From: Pecten maximus | Lineage: Eukaryota | Assembly (NCBI RefSeq): GCF_902652985.1 | Contig: NC_047026.1 | Span: 14,260,001-14,324,000 of the forward strand | Direction of reading: 5' to 3' | Length of the DNA: 64,000 nt | Shown: positions 50,901 through 64,000 of the stretch, piece by piece | Layout of the letters: each line of letters opens with the position of its first letter | How positions within the stretch are numbered: position 1 is the stretch's first letter | The notes under the pieces: generated by a model | The model's database searches: none | What the model saw: only the letters and a program-made list of their open reading frames with translations | Told to the model about the DNA's origin: nothing | Program-made: the position numbers and the translations under genes

Positions 50901-53900
50901 CCGGCATTTAACGCATCTACACTAGGATCCCTTATACTCCAGTAAAGAGAATTAAAAAATAACAAATAAATGATCCAATAAACCTTCCAACCATTGAAAG
51001 ATGTCATGAGAATCTGACCAATCAACATGCAGTGAAAAATTTGCATTCAGACAGGCAAAGTAAGCTTCATACTGCCTCTAGGAACAATACGTACTAAAAT
51101 AGATTAAATAATAACAAAAATATAACATTTCTACTACATTCTTATTAACTGCTAACAACTTCACTTTTCTGTCTCTAAACACATGTAACATCTGCAAAAT
51201 CACACTTTTTGTACTGCGGTAAGTTCCCGCCATGTAGAACCTTTACTGTTTTCGCTATCTGACCACATCTCATGAGCGGTCTTATAAGACGTATCCACCA
51301 CGTAAACTCCATACCCGGAGCTACTGACGTCGCTATATACAACAGTATGACAGGAACACTCTTCTCTGAACCTCTTCCATATTTCAACTCTTGGTCATAA
51401 TGTATTTTACGTTACCAACAACATACGACATAGATGCTATCTGTCCTACAGTTTGTGCTACCTTACGTACAGAGTGTTCCAAAAAACATTTCGACTTAAA
51501 AAAGCAATAAAATATTTATAAGAGAAATATGACAAATATTATATGAAAGTGAAGTATCTTATAATTATATCAGCTGTTATTTTGAATAAAACTTAGAAAA
51601 TTCCAGAATCATTACCAAAATAATGCAAAATTCAATTCATTTGACATAATTTTTACAAATCATGCAACATGTCACGCCATATTATGATGTGTTAATTTTT
51701 GGCCAATCACAAGCTTCAACCTCTCTCTAGAATTGATGATAATTTGTTTTGCTGGTGCCAATTGAAATACAGTAGACCGCTATCTTAGGTGCATGCACCT
51801 GTCCAGACCTACACACTCTCCCAAAATGTCCAGTATATATCTGGCCAGTTGGTATAATTTGGGCTGTGTAATACTCAAATCCTTTCTCGGTATTAAGGAA
51901 TTTGCCCTACAACAGCAGTTTTATAACAGGTAGCCAGGTCAACTTCTCGTGCTTATGTACACACTCACTAACTATCAATTCACGATTGACCTTACTTGCT
52001 ATACGTGGGCAAGCATGCTCGTTAAGTACTATCGTGAAATGTATTGTAACCGGGAAATGTTTTAGTTATTTTTTTTTTTATCAATATGCAAATACCAAAT
52101 TTTGTGTAAAAAAAGAAAATGAGGTACCCGAAATGTTTAGTTGTAATATCGGGGTAAAACAAGGAGAGAATTTATCACCATTTTTATTTGCCATTGATCT
52201 GAATATTCAAGAAGACTTTGTTGGAAAATAAGGCGTTGTTTACAAATAATGGAAATAGGTGAAAATATCGGAGTTGATATTAAACTGTTGATAATTCTTA
52301 TGCAGATGTCTGAATCGACTGAAGAACTCATATTGTAATAGATGGAAGCTTGATATAAATACAAACATACATGTAACTATAATTGTTATATTTTCAAAAA
52401 GGAAGTGTCGAACATATCCAGTTACATTATTTAATGATGTGATAGAGAATGTAGAATCATTTTCCTATTTAGGAGCTTCGATGAATTGATTTCCGTTTGT
52501 CTATTGATTTAGTTGAAGTTTTCATGTCTTGGTTTGGTTTTCTTTTTCATGGTTTGGTTTTCTTGTCTATTGGTTTGGTTTTGAACATTGATTGTTCCAT
52601 AACATATGTTGATTTGAAAAGGATGTCTATTGATATGATTTTTAGATCGGATTTTTGCCCTTTCCGCCGCCCATGATATCCCTCTGTCGGTTGACCTTCA
52701 ACAAAAGGTTTTGGACTCCATCGTATTACCAATACATTTGTCTTCAGTAGAAATATGGGGTTATGAAAATGTAAGTGTAATCAACAAACAACATTTACTG
52801 TTCTGCAAGCATGTACTGGGTATCATGAAAAGTACGCCAAATTACTTGATATACCTTGAAATCGAGAGATTTCCATTATATACAGAAGTTAAAACCAACA
52901 TAGGTATGAGTTGGCTTAAATTGATAAATGGTAGTAATCTGTCTAGTGCTATGTATAACTTAATATTTAATTAACATGCAAATGGAATCATGGAGTTTCA
53001 AATGGTTAAAGAATATTCAAAAGACATTTATAGAAACTAGTATGAACTTTATCTAGGGGTTTCAAACATGTGTACATTTAAAAAAGATTTTGCTTTGAAA
53101 CAAAGATTACAAGACTAATTTATTCAAAAATGGTTAAACGATATTGAGAACTCTTCAAGAAGATCTAACTACATAATGTATTCTATCGACAAAAGAAACG
53201 AAGTTGACGAATATCATTATTTATTTAAATGTGAATATGCAACTGTTAAGCAGATAAGACAATTCTTTTTTTCTCCAAATTACTACTGTACTAAGCCTGT
53301 CCTTATCAAAATGCAAGGACTATTTATCATATTTGGGGCCGCGGTGGCCGAGTGGATAAGATGTCCCAACACTTTATCACTAGCCCTCCACCTCTGGGTT
53401 GCGAGTTCGAAATCCACGTGGGGCAGTTGCCAGGTACTAAACGTAGGCCGGTGGTTTTTCTCCGGGTACTCCGGCTTTCCTCCACTTCCAATTTATGTAT
53501 TGGAGATAGTTCTTGCACTATCGAAAGGTAATCTGTCGAGGCCACCGTTAATGTATATAGTCGGGCCGAAACCCCCAGGAAAGCGGTCTTCTGATTGGTC
53601 TGAATCCCCACCGATTTTTTCGGAAACGACGAAAAAAGTGTGCCAATCGTCCTACGGTCTGTTAATGAGCTTCAGGACGTGTGTTACAGACGATGGCCAA
53701 ATGGGAGATCTCTTATCATCTTACGTCATTTATGGTTCAAGGTGATATTACATTTAACATTTAGTATACCTCGTGATGGAATATGGAGTACGGCATTCCA
53801 TCTTTCAACAGTACTTTGAGACAGAACGAATCCTTTTAATAAGGCCATAATAGATGAATAATTATTATGTTATTGTTATGACAAAGGAAATCAATATAAT

Positions 53901-54730
53901 CACTTGGTAAGCTCGATAAAAAAACTAATTAGTTTGGATGCATTTACTCCTTGCACTTGCATATCATTTTTGAATTTAACTAATCCGAGGCCACATTTCA
54001 AATTACGCTGTCAGTAAATCCATACAAGTTTTTATAGCAAGCCAGTATATTTTATTTGTTTATTGACTTTGTGGGAAAAAAAGCGTTACACTTGATGCCG
54101 GGTTTTTAATGTCATCCAAATATTTCAGTTAATCACCAGAAAGAAATTAAAGCAAACTTATGGCGATACAAAATAATGAGCCGATAACTAGAATATGTTT
54201 CAAACAGTTCCTTTTAATAATGATAATGCATAACAACAATGTAACAACATATATTTGATCACGCAATATCACAGTTATGGTTGGCAGTCTTGTGAAATCT
54301 GAAATCGAAAATGAAAATAAGATTTATAATATTTACACTATCGATAGGCTTCAAATACATTTTGGAAACTTGAATTAATCATTACAAAAGGAGTTATATT
54401 ATATCAGTATACTGTATATTTGTTTTTGTTATTTTATTTTTTTAACTGCAAAGATGGGATATGAAACACTCATAAAATACTATCTTCCGACAAAAAGAAT
54501 TTCTAATTGAACGCTAGATTCCAGTGAACTGTGGCACAGGAGCACTAATGTCAATTTTCAATGACAATCGCGTCATTATTTCCTGACCGTGTCGTATCCC
54601 CTTAAGTAAAAACCTATATAATACTATATATAAAAATACGTTGAATAATTTGGAAACTTAACGTAATAATAATCATGCTTACCATGATTTTTATGAGTGC
54701 TTCGCCGATCTCCACCTCCTTGGTTTACGT

Positions 54731-55318
54731 CTAACCAGTCAGAGTTCCGGTGATGTTGAAGGCGAACAGCAACAGGAGACCAGAGATCACTGTAACAAAA
54801 GCATAAAACACTTAACTGGGCAGTCATCTTTTATTTCTATAGGAAGTCACATGTCAGCTAGAAGTGATAAATATTCGGATGGTCACGTGTAAGAGGATAC
54901 TATTTAGGATAGTTAGGTGCTAGTTAAAAATGATGCTATTTCGGATAGTCATGTGTTCGACAATATGATGCTTTTTCGCAAAGTTACGTGTTAATTTTGG
55001 CGAGAACTAGTTTTCCGTAGTAAAAACACACTTAAATGCCCTGTAATTTTTACATGAGTTCCTCATAATCAGAAACTTAACTTCATATCAATATAATTAC
55101 AGACAAAATAACAAAAAATTACACATACGGAGAGCAAAGTTGGAGCTCTTCTTCTGCTGGTTGTTTCCGTAGTTGTAGTAGTAGTTACTCAAACCGTATC
55201 CGCTTCCGTATCCTCCTGTCATTCCGTATCCGGGGTAACCGGATCCGGCCGGGTACTGCATGGCCACAACGTAGGCCACCAGGCATGGGATAAGGATGAG
55301 GGCGAGACACTTGTTCAT
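54731..55318 (-). CDS. Secreted Gly/Tyr-rich protein copy 3. Coding exons 55129-55318 and 54731-54789; exon 1 about 56014-56043; UTR exon from 54298
   Basis: Same 82-aa ORF (A24, G27, N53 variant) with intact splice sites. Confidence 0.9.
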
Positions 55319-58300
55319 TTTGTAGCTGTAAATGAAGACTTTCGTTTTTGAATTAACAATATCACTTCAGCGTTTTATCTGATTTGAACGTCTCGTTAGT
55401 TGTACGTATCAATTAATTGATTATTTAAAAACTTTATTTTCAAAACGGCCGATTCCCATCAGCAAAACCGTAAATATGTATCGGTATCAAGCTCAGTATT
55501 TAGGTATGATTCTATCTTTGATTAAGCTCTATCATAAGCGCTTTATCATAATTGTAGGTTTAAGAGACACTCAGATGTTATGATCGCTGAAATAACTATG
55601 TTGATGAATGTGGAAGCAACATAATCAATAATCAATTATTTACCCTCATATCTCTTTAATTAATGTTTAAAATATATTACATATCTCTGCAGTTTTGCTA
55701 GTTGAATGTGACGATATTACGATTCGTTTTTTTCTTGGCGTTTTCTTAAACTTCATCTTGATGATAAGAAAAATCTTATATGTAATTAATCTCAACGAAG
55801 ACTTATTTCGGCGAATATCAAAACCAGTTCATATGCATACCAGTTCATATTCGACCATACTAGAAATATTAGAATACATCTCTAATGTACACTCATGTAT
55901 AGAAAGGCTTCAAAAAATCACACTTCTAAACTGTATAGAAAGCGTTCTAGTGGTTAGGCGCTAGAACACTTCTATCCACATTAACATACATTTCAACACA
56001 GACACTTCCTTACCTTTCAGTGTGGAGATCAGACCAGCTCTGATAAGTATTGACTACCATGCCCTTATATACCTGCATACGCTTACCGGAAGAAGTGTCC
56101 GTATGTAATATTAGGGGCAGTTCGTGGGTAAGAGCCATGGTTCCCTAAGGGGTTGACATTTTACTACCTTTCTGTATGCAATACATCGGTGTTATGACTT
56201 CCGTGTCTGATAAAAAAGTATCTTACATGATATTGCCATCTGTCTAAGTTTGTATATTAAGGATCTTTAATGAATTTTCATTTCATGTGAGATTTTATCA
56301 AATAAGTCTTAAAAGTTTTTATTTTTGTGAGCCCTTTGCGAGAAAAAAAATTAAAACATCCAGGCCTGTTACAAGAAATCTGTCATTTATGAATATGAGA
56401 TACTTTTTCACATAACTCTGAAAACTTTTTGATATGTTTTAAATTCAAAATTCAAAGGTATTAAAATACAATATGGGCCATTTCCCTGGATAACCGGCAG
56501 ATTATGCGAGAGAAAAAAAATAGTTAAACTCGACATTTCGAATGCTGAAATAGGTTTATTGATTAAAAAAAGTTTACTTTCGACTTGACTTCGATTGTTT
56601 ATCAATGTTCTTAATCAGCAAAAGTTTCACCGATAATAAATCTAACTCTTATCACAAAGAATTATTACTGCAATTCCATCAGCCTTATCATGTAGGATAA
56701 TGTGTGTATTACTACGCTCAACAGAATGTTTGTTATCATTGAGAGAAAGTGGTAAAGTGGTTATCAAATGGTTTATAACAACAAATACCAATAACGTTTG
56801 ACGTTTTTATACTTGATATTCCGGTATAGATGAGAGATTCTTCCCTTTAAAATGTACGTAAGCAATATTAGGTGAAAATCTCTTGTGAATTGAACTATTG
56901 CACTGTAAAGTGTAAATGAATCATACGATCGAAATACAATAAGTTTGGAATGGCAAGAAAGGATAGGGTATGCCTGAGCAGGAACAGTACATGCTTTGTA
57001 TGAACTATAAGCATTTAACTGCAATTTTCACATTTTCCCGTAAAATAAAGTAAAGTCCCCACTTTTTGCGGATCGGGGTGATGGGGAAGGGGATGCTTTT
57101 TCCATCACACAACTAAAGGTTTCCTAGTTTGACAAAAACTTTTTTTAAATACACTAAATGATGCATCTTCGCAACGAATCGCGAGTCAATAGTCATATCT
57201 GTTCTTTCCTTCTTTCGTGATGCAACGAAAACTCATTGTATATTCATAAAGCCAAAGTTCACCCAGGTATTGAGAATAGGCGGATAAGTGAGGATAAGTG
57301 ACTCGAAATGTAAAGAATAGTTTAAAACCTTATATCAAAGCAGGTGGCATAGAATGTGTCAGGATGGAAATTTAATACAAAGTTTACAACTAGAGCCCTC
57401 CAGATTCTTACATTAATAATAGATTTGCGATTTCCCATGATTTACCATTTGATATTGCTGTTGGCAATATAACCATGGAAAAATATATTGCGGTGTTCAA
57501 ATTATTCTTTTATTGCATACAACTTTAGTTTTGGCTTTTTAACATAGGTATTTGTCATAATATTGTTTTAAATAATTATTCATTTCTTGACAAATGAAGA
57601 TTTTTTTTTAACAAATCTTTTTCCATAAACTTATACCGTACAAGATAACAACGTACATTCGCGATTTTACTCTCTGTTTTCATAAGAATTTATAGGACAT
57701 GGTACTATATTGAAAGAAGAGGTGTCCTCAAATTGATTCAATATAAATACTGTATGTGAATAAATACTAATGCAAAATTAATCATAGCATGACACATTTA
57801 AAGATTTCCATTATCAGACAAACAAAATAAAACCATTCTGTTTAGAAACATTGTAGTTATATTGCCTAATCACCAAACTACCTATAATTTACATCCTTGA
57901 ATTTGCTTGGAACAGAACAGAACCAGGAAAAGGCTGCGATGATGAAAACATTCCGATGATGATTATTATAACCCAATCAGGTGAATTCTCACGCTATCTT
58001 GCATTATGTTTTTCTTATAATTGCTACCCATATTCTTCTTTAGTAAGTGACAAAGATATGAATCGTCACGACATCTTTCAGGGTTCAGAAAGCAAGAACT
58101 TCTGGATCATCCCATACAAAAAATCTCTTGCATTTTTTTCTGTATTTTGTCTAGATTTATTCCTGTGTAACTTGTATGAGCGTGTTATAAAAAAATGATA
58201 ATAAAAGACTTTATCTAGGGTCGATGACACTTTGAGTCGCAACACTCTTAAATGACCTTAGCTGTTAATAGGACGTTAAACGAAATAAACCAAACCAAAC

Positions 58301-58479
58301 TAAACTTCCAAGTAGTCGACATTATCAATGTACAATATTTACAACATGTAAAATTAAAACATCACATAAAAACATTGATATCACTGTAAAGTAAATAAAA
58401 TAAGTGTATAGATAAAGAATGTCACGATAAAGGTTGGGCTATAATCTGTATAAAACACATGTGACATACCTTACAATAT

Positions 58480-60820
58480 CATGCCATTTATCTCAAATAA
58501 ATATCAAATTTAGGCATTGAATGGTACGTAAAAAAATAATAATTATGTACTACTAAAACTTTCAAACAGTGATTATCTCATGTAATAACATTTAACATGA
58601 ACTTCTTGCATTCAAGCTTAATAAATTTGTAGGTTTTGGCACTGGTAACCCAAAGTGATGGGTCATTGAATAGAAATGAATTGCTAAACTTGAATGACAT
58701 ACACATGTATATCCGTTTAGTAGATGCCTTGGTCTGTCTATCATGGATACTAGAATTTTAGACATTAGATTCCAGGTAATTTGGACAAAGTTTGTTGATA
58801 ACTTTATACATTAAAAACACATTCATTTTAATTGACTCTCATACTAAAAAGGTAACCATATTAGTTTTGTATAAATTTCTTCACTTGGTACAGAGTAAAC
58901 TGCATCTAAGATTATACGTAACACTCTTTTTTGTAACCTTTCCTATTGTTTGATATAAATAAGAGGACATTGTCCCCAAATATTGGAAAAATAATCTAGG
59001 TAAGGTAAAATAAAACAGAATATGTTATTCTAGATGAGATAGGAAACTTACTTTTATTCTGCATAATTGATAAATTTTGAAAGTTACATTTTTATAACAT
59101 CTTAGACATGTTTGGACCATGTAAGACTTTCTGTTTGTTCCCTATAAACATTAGTTTTGATTTCTCGGCATTAATAACCATTTTGTTGCCATTACACAAT
59201 CTTTCTACATTAACAGAATCAGAGTGCAGACATGATTCAATATCATCAATACATTTAGCACTGCTTAGAATGGAGAGGCATGTCATTTTATACAGTAAAA
59301 TCATCAGAGGCTCAATAATTGGACCCTGTGGTACACCAATTGTAATTAACACAAGGACTGCTTAAATGACTTTTGTTATTGCTGTTAAGGTGCGTCAGTG
59401 CATTTGTGCCTAGTAAGATTTTAGAAATGAACCCCTCCACAAATACTTTGATGTTATATATTTGTTAAGGGAGTGTTACAGAAATACAATATAAAATGTA
59501 TTTGAAGTAGATTAAATGACATAGTTTATAATTAGTATACAATCAGAAATTAGAGAATTCACAAAAAAATAATTTGGATATTTTCTTAAGTTTTACATTA
59601 CATACAAAAAGGCGTGTAAGTTAACCAGACATATAAGAGTGCGGCTAACCTGTATGGACTTATTCCAGGTTACCCGTGTACATGCATTGTCTACGGACCA
59701 AATGTTTGTCGGCTAGTCAACTTTTCACAAATTTTCATACAAAAGTTTTTTGCTAATTACTCATCCACACCAGTCATTTATTGATATCAACTAGTTGGCA
59801 TAAATATAATCACCATATACTTTTTTAAGATTCCGTTATCATATTTGATGATATTGAATATTCATACTGGCATAAAATGGGCAGTACAAGTGTCATGATC
59901 CACCTTAACGCAGTCTGACAGGAGTGCATACTTCTAAACCCACACCGATTTTCCAATGAGTTAATTATGCTGGATCAGGAAGTTATAATATCAATACAAT
60001 ATCAGCTGTCTTTTTAAAATACTTTCCAGACATACCATCCACACCTGTGAGTTTGCTACAATGACTACCTAACAGAACTTTTTGACAAAAGATAGTTATT
60101 TCAGGAATGTCATCTAAGGTATGTCTTAGTAAATTATTGGATACAAGAGAATTAATAGTGTCCAAACACCCAGGTGATGTTCTTGTGTCATTCTCTGTAA
60201 GATACTCTTTCAAGTTATTCAAGTTATTGAAAGTGATTGAAATTTTCCCTGGTTCATCAACTTGTCTGTCATTATAAAAAATATGATCAGGCCGAGTATC
60301 ACCTTGATTTGGTACTAATTGTTTAGAATATTTCCAGTATTTGTTTGGTTCTTTTTTTACATGTATCTTAGACATGTAATAGAAATTTCCCTTTGCTTTT
60401 CTTATTTATGAAGTAACATCTTATTACATGTATGCGTGTATTATGAGTGAACAGATTTACATGTAAGTTTATGTTGCACTTGCATAAAAATTCTAATAGT
60501 ATTACAAGTATATATTAAATGTGCTGCATCTCCGACAAAGTGTAGTTTTTTTTTCCATTTGGTGTATTGTTAATAAGATATATTGCGAAACATTTTTGTG
60601 AATGTCAGTAACTTCGTTGGCGCTGTAGCATATCTAAATAAATGTAAGCCTCATATTTTATCTTCATTGGTTTAACTTGTTTCTATAGCTGAATTCAGTT
60701 GTCCGATGTCTTTGCACATGTTCCTATTTGGAAAGACTTACATTGATTAAAACTTGCCCAGCAAAACTAGCCAGAACAGTTCATTATCGCAAATGATCAA
60801 GTTCATCCTAAAACAACAAA
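58480..60820 (-). mobile_element. Decayed CR1/L2-like LINE ORF2 fragments
   Basis: GVPQGPIIEPLMILLY, NKMVINAEKSKLMFIG and KLTGVDGMSGKYFK motifs, with many stops. Confidence 0.75.
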
Positions 60821-60937
60821 GATTACTGAATAATAACTAAAACATCAGGGCAAAACATGTTGATTAGATTTCAGACTCCTGAACAAATTCTAGGCCAAAT
60901 GCTGCGGAAGAGTAAGCGTCTTCCGACTCATCGACAT

Positions 60938-60993
60938 CAGCCGCCACACAAATCTAGGTCACGACGACAGCCGCCACACAAATCTAGGTCACG
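60938..60993. repeat. 30-bp direct repeat, 2 copies
   Basis: CAGCCGCCACACAAATCTAGGTCACG duplicated. Confidence 0.85.
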
Positions 60994-62811
60994 TCTGGGA
61001 GAAGGTAATGACAACGGAACCACTGGCATAGCACCAATTCTCAAACACATCGCATAAGGAATTATTATTTCCAAGTGTGATCATGGTAATGATAATTAAA
61101 CTATCCCCTGGTATTCATCAACATGCATCTCTCGAAATATTGTGATGTTAATTTCTCTGTCAGTAATCGATATCGATCACGGAAATCATGATAATGAAAA
61201 CAAGCCTTTGATAGTTTAATCAGCTGGAGTAGGTAAGGGATGCGAGTATGAACTATTGTTCATAACACTAATAAATTATAAATATCTATTCATAGAAGCG
61301 AAGCGAAATGAAACGGATAGTCTTTGATATACGTATAAAACTCAGATATTATGTATGATATAAATGTCTGATCTTGCCCCGTCAGTCCGTCATACATGTA
61401 ATCTAGCCTGTAAGTGTTCCACATCAATCACAAACGCTAAATTTCACCGCTAGAAGAAGCTTATGCTACATGTTGTATCATTTTGTAGGTGCTAGAGTAA
61501 CATAGGCACTCTTTCACATTCTATTTTGAATATTATGTCTCCTTTATCTCGTTTAGGATTTATAGGGACTATAACTATACATTAATATTTGTACTGTATA
61601 GCCGGTTATTTTTGCGGTTAAGATATCGTCAAATTTAAGAACATATGTAACTTATAATCTGTTCTGAACAATAATAATTTTCGCAACAACCTTGGATGAT
61701 TCTGGTTGCCGGAGACGGCAAATAATATTAAATATGACGGCAGTCGTGATATCAGCTTACTTCTTGAATAACCTTTACCGTGCCTTATTGAACGGATATC
61801 ATTTTCGCCACCAAGTCAATGGCCCGCGAAATGGCTCGTAACAAGGCTTCTATTAGATATGAATTCCTCGATGGCACTGTATATACATGCAAATTGTATT
61901 TTACATAGTTTATTACATAGTTTTAACACAGTACAACTACAAGAGGATCCATCGGATCAACAACACATGGTGTATTTGTTGTATTGTGTTATTAAATAAA
62001 TATATAACATAGTAACACAACTGATGAAGGATGACGATTTTATGACTCGTGGCCTGACCGGGCTTCGAACTCACGATCTACGGCCCTAATTGTATACACA
62101 TGTATATTGATATTGTATATGTACCATGTTAATTTAGTTTTGGAATTCGTGCCAAATTGCATTGTGCATTGAATGAAACTGAAACAATGGCATACTTTAG
62201 ATGATATTTTAATTATGACAATAAATACATATAATAACAGCAATACAGATACATCGCGCAATATCACATCTATGTTTGGCAGTCGTGTGTAATCTGAAAT
62301 TGATTAAACAAATCCAATTAGTGTTTTATCTATTCATGCAAAACGAACATTGACAATTATGCAGTACAATGATTAAATGATCAGTTAAGAGCTTAATCTT
62401 TTAAATTAAGTCATTTATGACAAACCAACATAATTTTAACCAATGTAACTTGGGTTCAAATTACAAACTCACTGGAGTTATATAAGACTGATATCGGACA
62501 CTCCTAAAATGGTCATTCACAAGGAAATAGTTACCATAAAAAAAACTATATTTATGTCTTTTAGAAATACAATTAAATATACAAGGTACATTTGTAAAAT
62601 ATACGTAAAACCTAATTCTTTTGAAATAGAATTTCAAATGCACGATTTTAATTAAAATTCATTATCTAACTCTTATATAGTAGACGATTGAGAATGCATA
62701 TGATATAAATTGAGGACAAAATCCGATTTCAAAATTTAAGTAATTGAGGAGTGAAATGCTCACCATAATTTGTATGAGTGCTTCGCCGATCTCCACCTCC
62801 TTGGTTTACGT

Positions 62812-64000
62812 TTAACCAGTCAGAGTTCCGGTGATGTTGAAGGCGAACAGCAACAGGAGACCAGAGATCACTGTAGCAAAAGAAACAATTAAACGATGAA
62901 AATGTATCTACTTACTGATACAGATATACACATTATTTGCTAAAAACCATATATGAATGAATAAAAAGACCATTTCCTTTTGTAATATCCTCCCTTGATA
63001 TCAATAGAAATGTAACAAAAACCATTTTGAATCTTTATATCCAATGCTGGATTCTTTTATTTTGTCTTAAACAGTCGAGCTTCTGCTATTTTATTTCCCA
63101 ACGACAGGGGGTGGGGGTGTATATGTAAAATGATCTGACTGTGCATACTTATTATTACATATTTTCTCCTTTTGTACAAGTGTGTGCACTACCGATTGTG
63201 AGTACGTGATAGGCTTACTATTACTATAAATAAAATTATGTCATTCTCGCTCACTGGCTTCAATTCTAGCTTGATCTTACTGTCATGAAACTTGATCTTG
63301 TTACATTTATAATTAACACCAGATAATAGGGTATCCGTATCGTTTATGATTCCTTCTAAAAGCCCCTTGCTAACATTTGTGTGTGTGTTAAATTCCCTTA
63401 CGAGTAGACGAGCAATTTTCATATTCAATGTGTTACGCGGATTACCGAGGAACGATTTCTCAACATGTGTAACTCTTATGCGATAGCAAAGAAAAACATA
63501 AATACGTTTTAATCACATCGCAATTTGTTACCCTTGATATGTTATTATCCTTCATTTCAAACAGGGTTTTTTCAGGAAGGCTTGCATTACCAACGTGGAG
63601 AAGGAGTTTTGTTCTCCAGTAATTTTTGTTAACATCTTCCTTCATAAACAAACTTAAAAGTATACTTTATACAAGATACACTTTTACATTTTATTGAAAT
63701 CATTTGATACGTCTAACAACTTCAATTCGAAAGTTTTCCTAAGGTAACTACACTACGTGTGTACCACATTTTAGGCCAGATTTGGAAACAGTTCATTACA
63801 ATCTAAATGTAAAGAATATGTTGTACTTACGGAGAGCGAAGTTGGAGCTCTTCTTCTGCTGGTTGTTTCCGTAGTTGTAGTAGTAGTTACTCAGACCGTA
63901 TCCGCTTCCGTATCCTCCTGTCATTCCGTATCCGGGGTAACCGGATCCGGTCGGGTACTGCATGGCCACAACGTAGGCCACCAGACATGGGATAAGGATC
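62812..64000 (-). CDS. Secreted Gly/Tyr-rich protein copy 4 (start codon just beyond the window end). Coding exons 63831->64000 and 62812-62870; UTR exon from 62293
   Basis: Same ORF (G27, N53 variant, TAA stop); introns are unrelated in length and sequence to those of copies 1-3. Confidence 0.88.

Larger units (their letters stand above)
41011..56182. repeat. Tandem segmental duplication: unit A 41011-49144, unit B 49141-56182
   Basis: Colinear near-identical sequence (compare ORFs 42263/50385, 43054/51175, 45420/52711, 46001/53176); the junction shares CAAT. Confidence 0.92.

Noticed and set aside
53176-53745. 189-aa ORF (and the 144-aa ORF at 46001-46435)
   Set aside because: Chance read-through across a LINE tail, a SINE and another repeat; no coherent protein.

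Overview
AT-rich, intron-rich eukaryotic genomic DNA, most likely from a bivalve mollusc (inferred from the Helentron/HINE, SINE and protein families present). Gene models were built by hand from splice signals and reading-frame phase. (1) The 5' part of NOP56 lies on the minus strand (3 exons visible), with a candidate ~340-nt box C/D RNA in intron 1. (2) Head-to-head with it is a complete 11-coding-exon Polycomb group RING finger gene (RING + RAWUL) that most resembles PCGF6 and uses one GC-AG intron. (3) A minus-strand gene encodes a type I membrane protein with an unnamed mollusc-type ectodomain and carries a 1-nt frameshift. (4) A tandem cluster of at least four near-identical 4-exon genes encodes an 82-aa secreted Gly/Tyr-rich protein with a dibasic site and a hydrophobic tail. 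The cluster shows gene conversion and a 7-8 kb microhomology-joined tandem duplication. The remainder is HINE/Helentron elements, MITEs, a tRNA-derived SINE and decayed LINE, DIRS, Tc1 and Crypton fragments. Most ORFs in the supplied track are spurious or are single exons. Homology calls are from memory of the families, not database searches.
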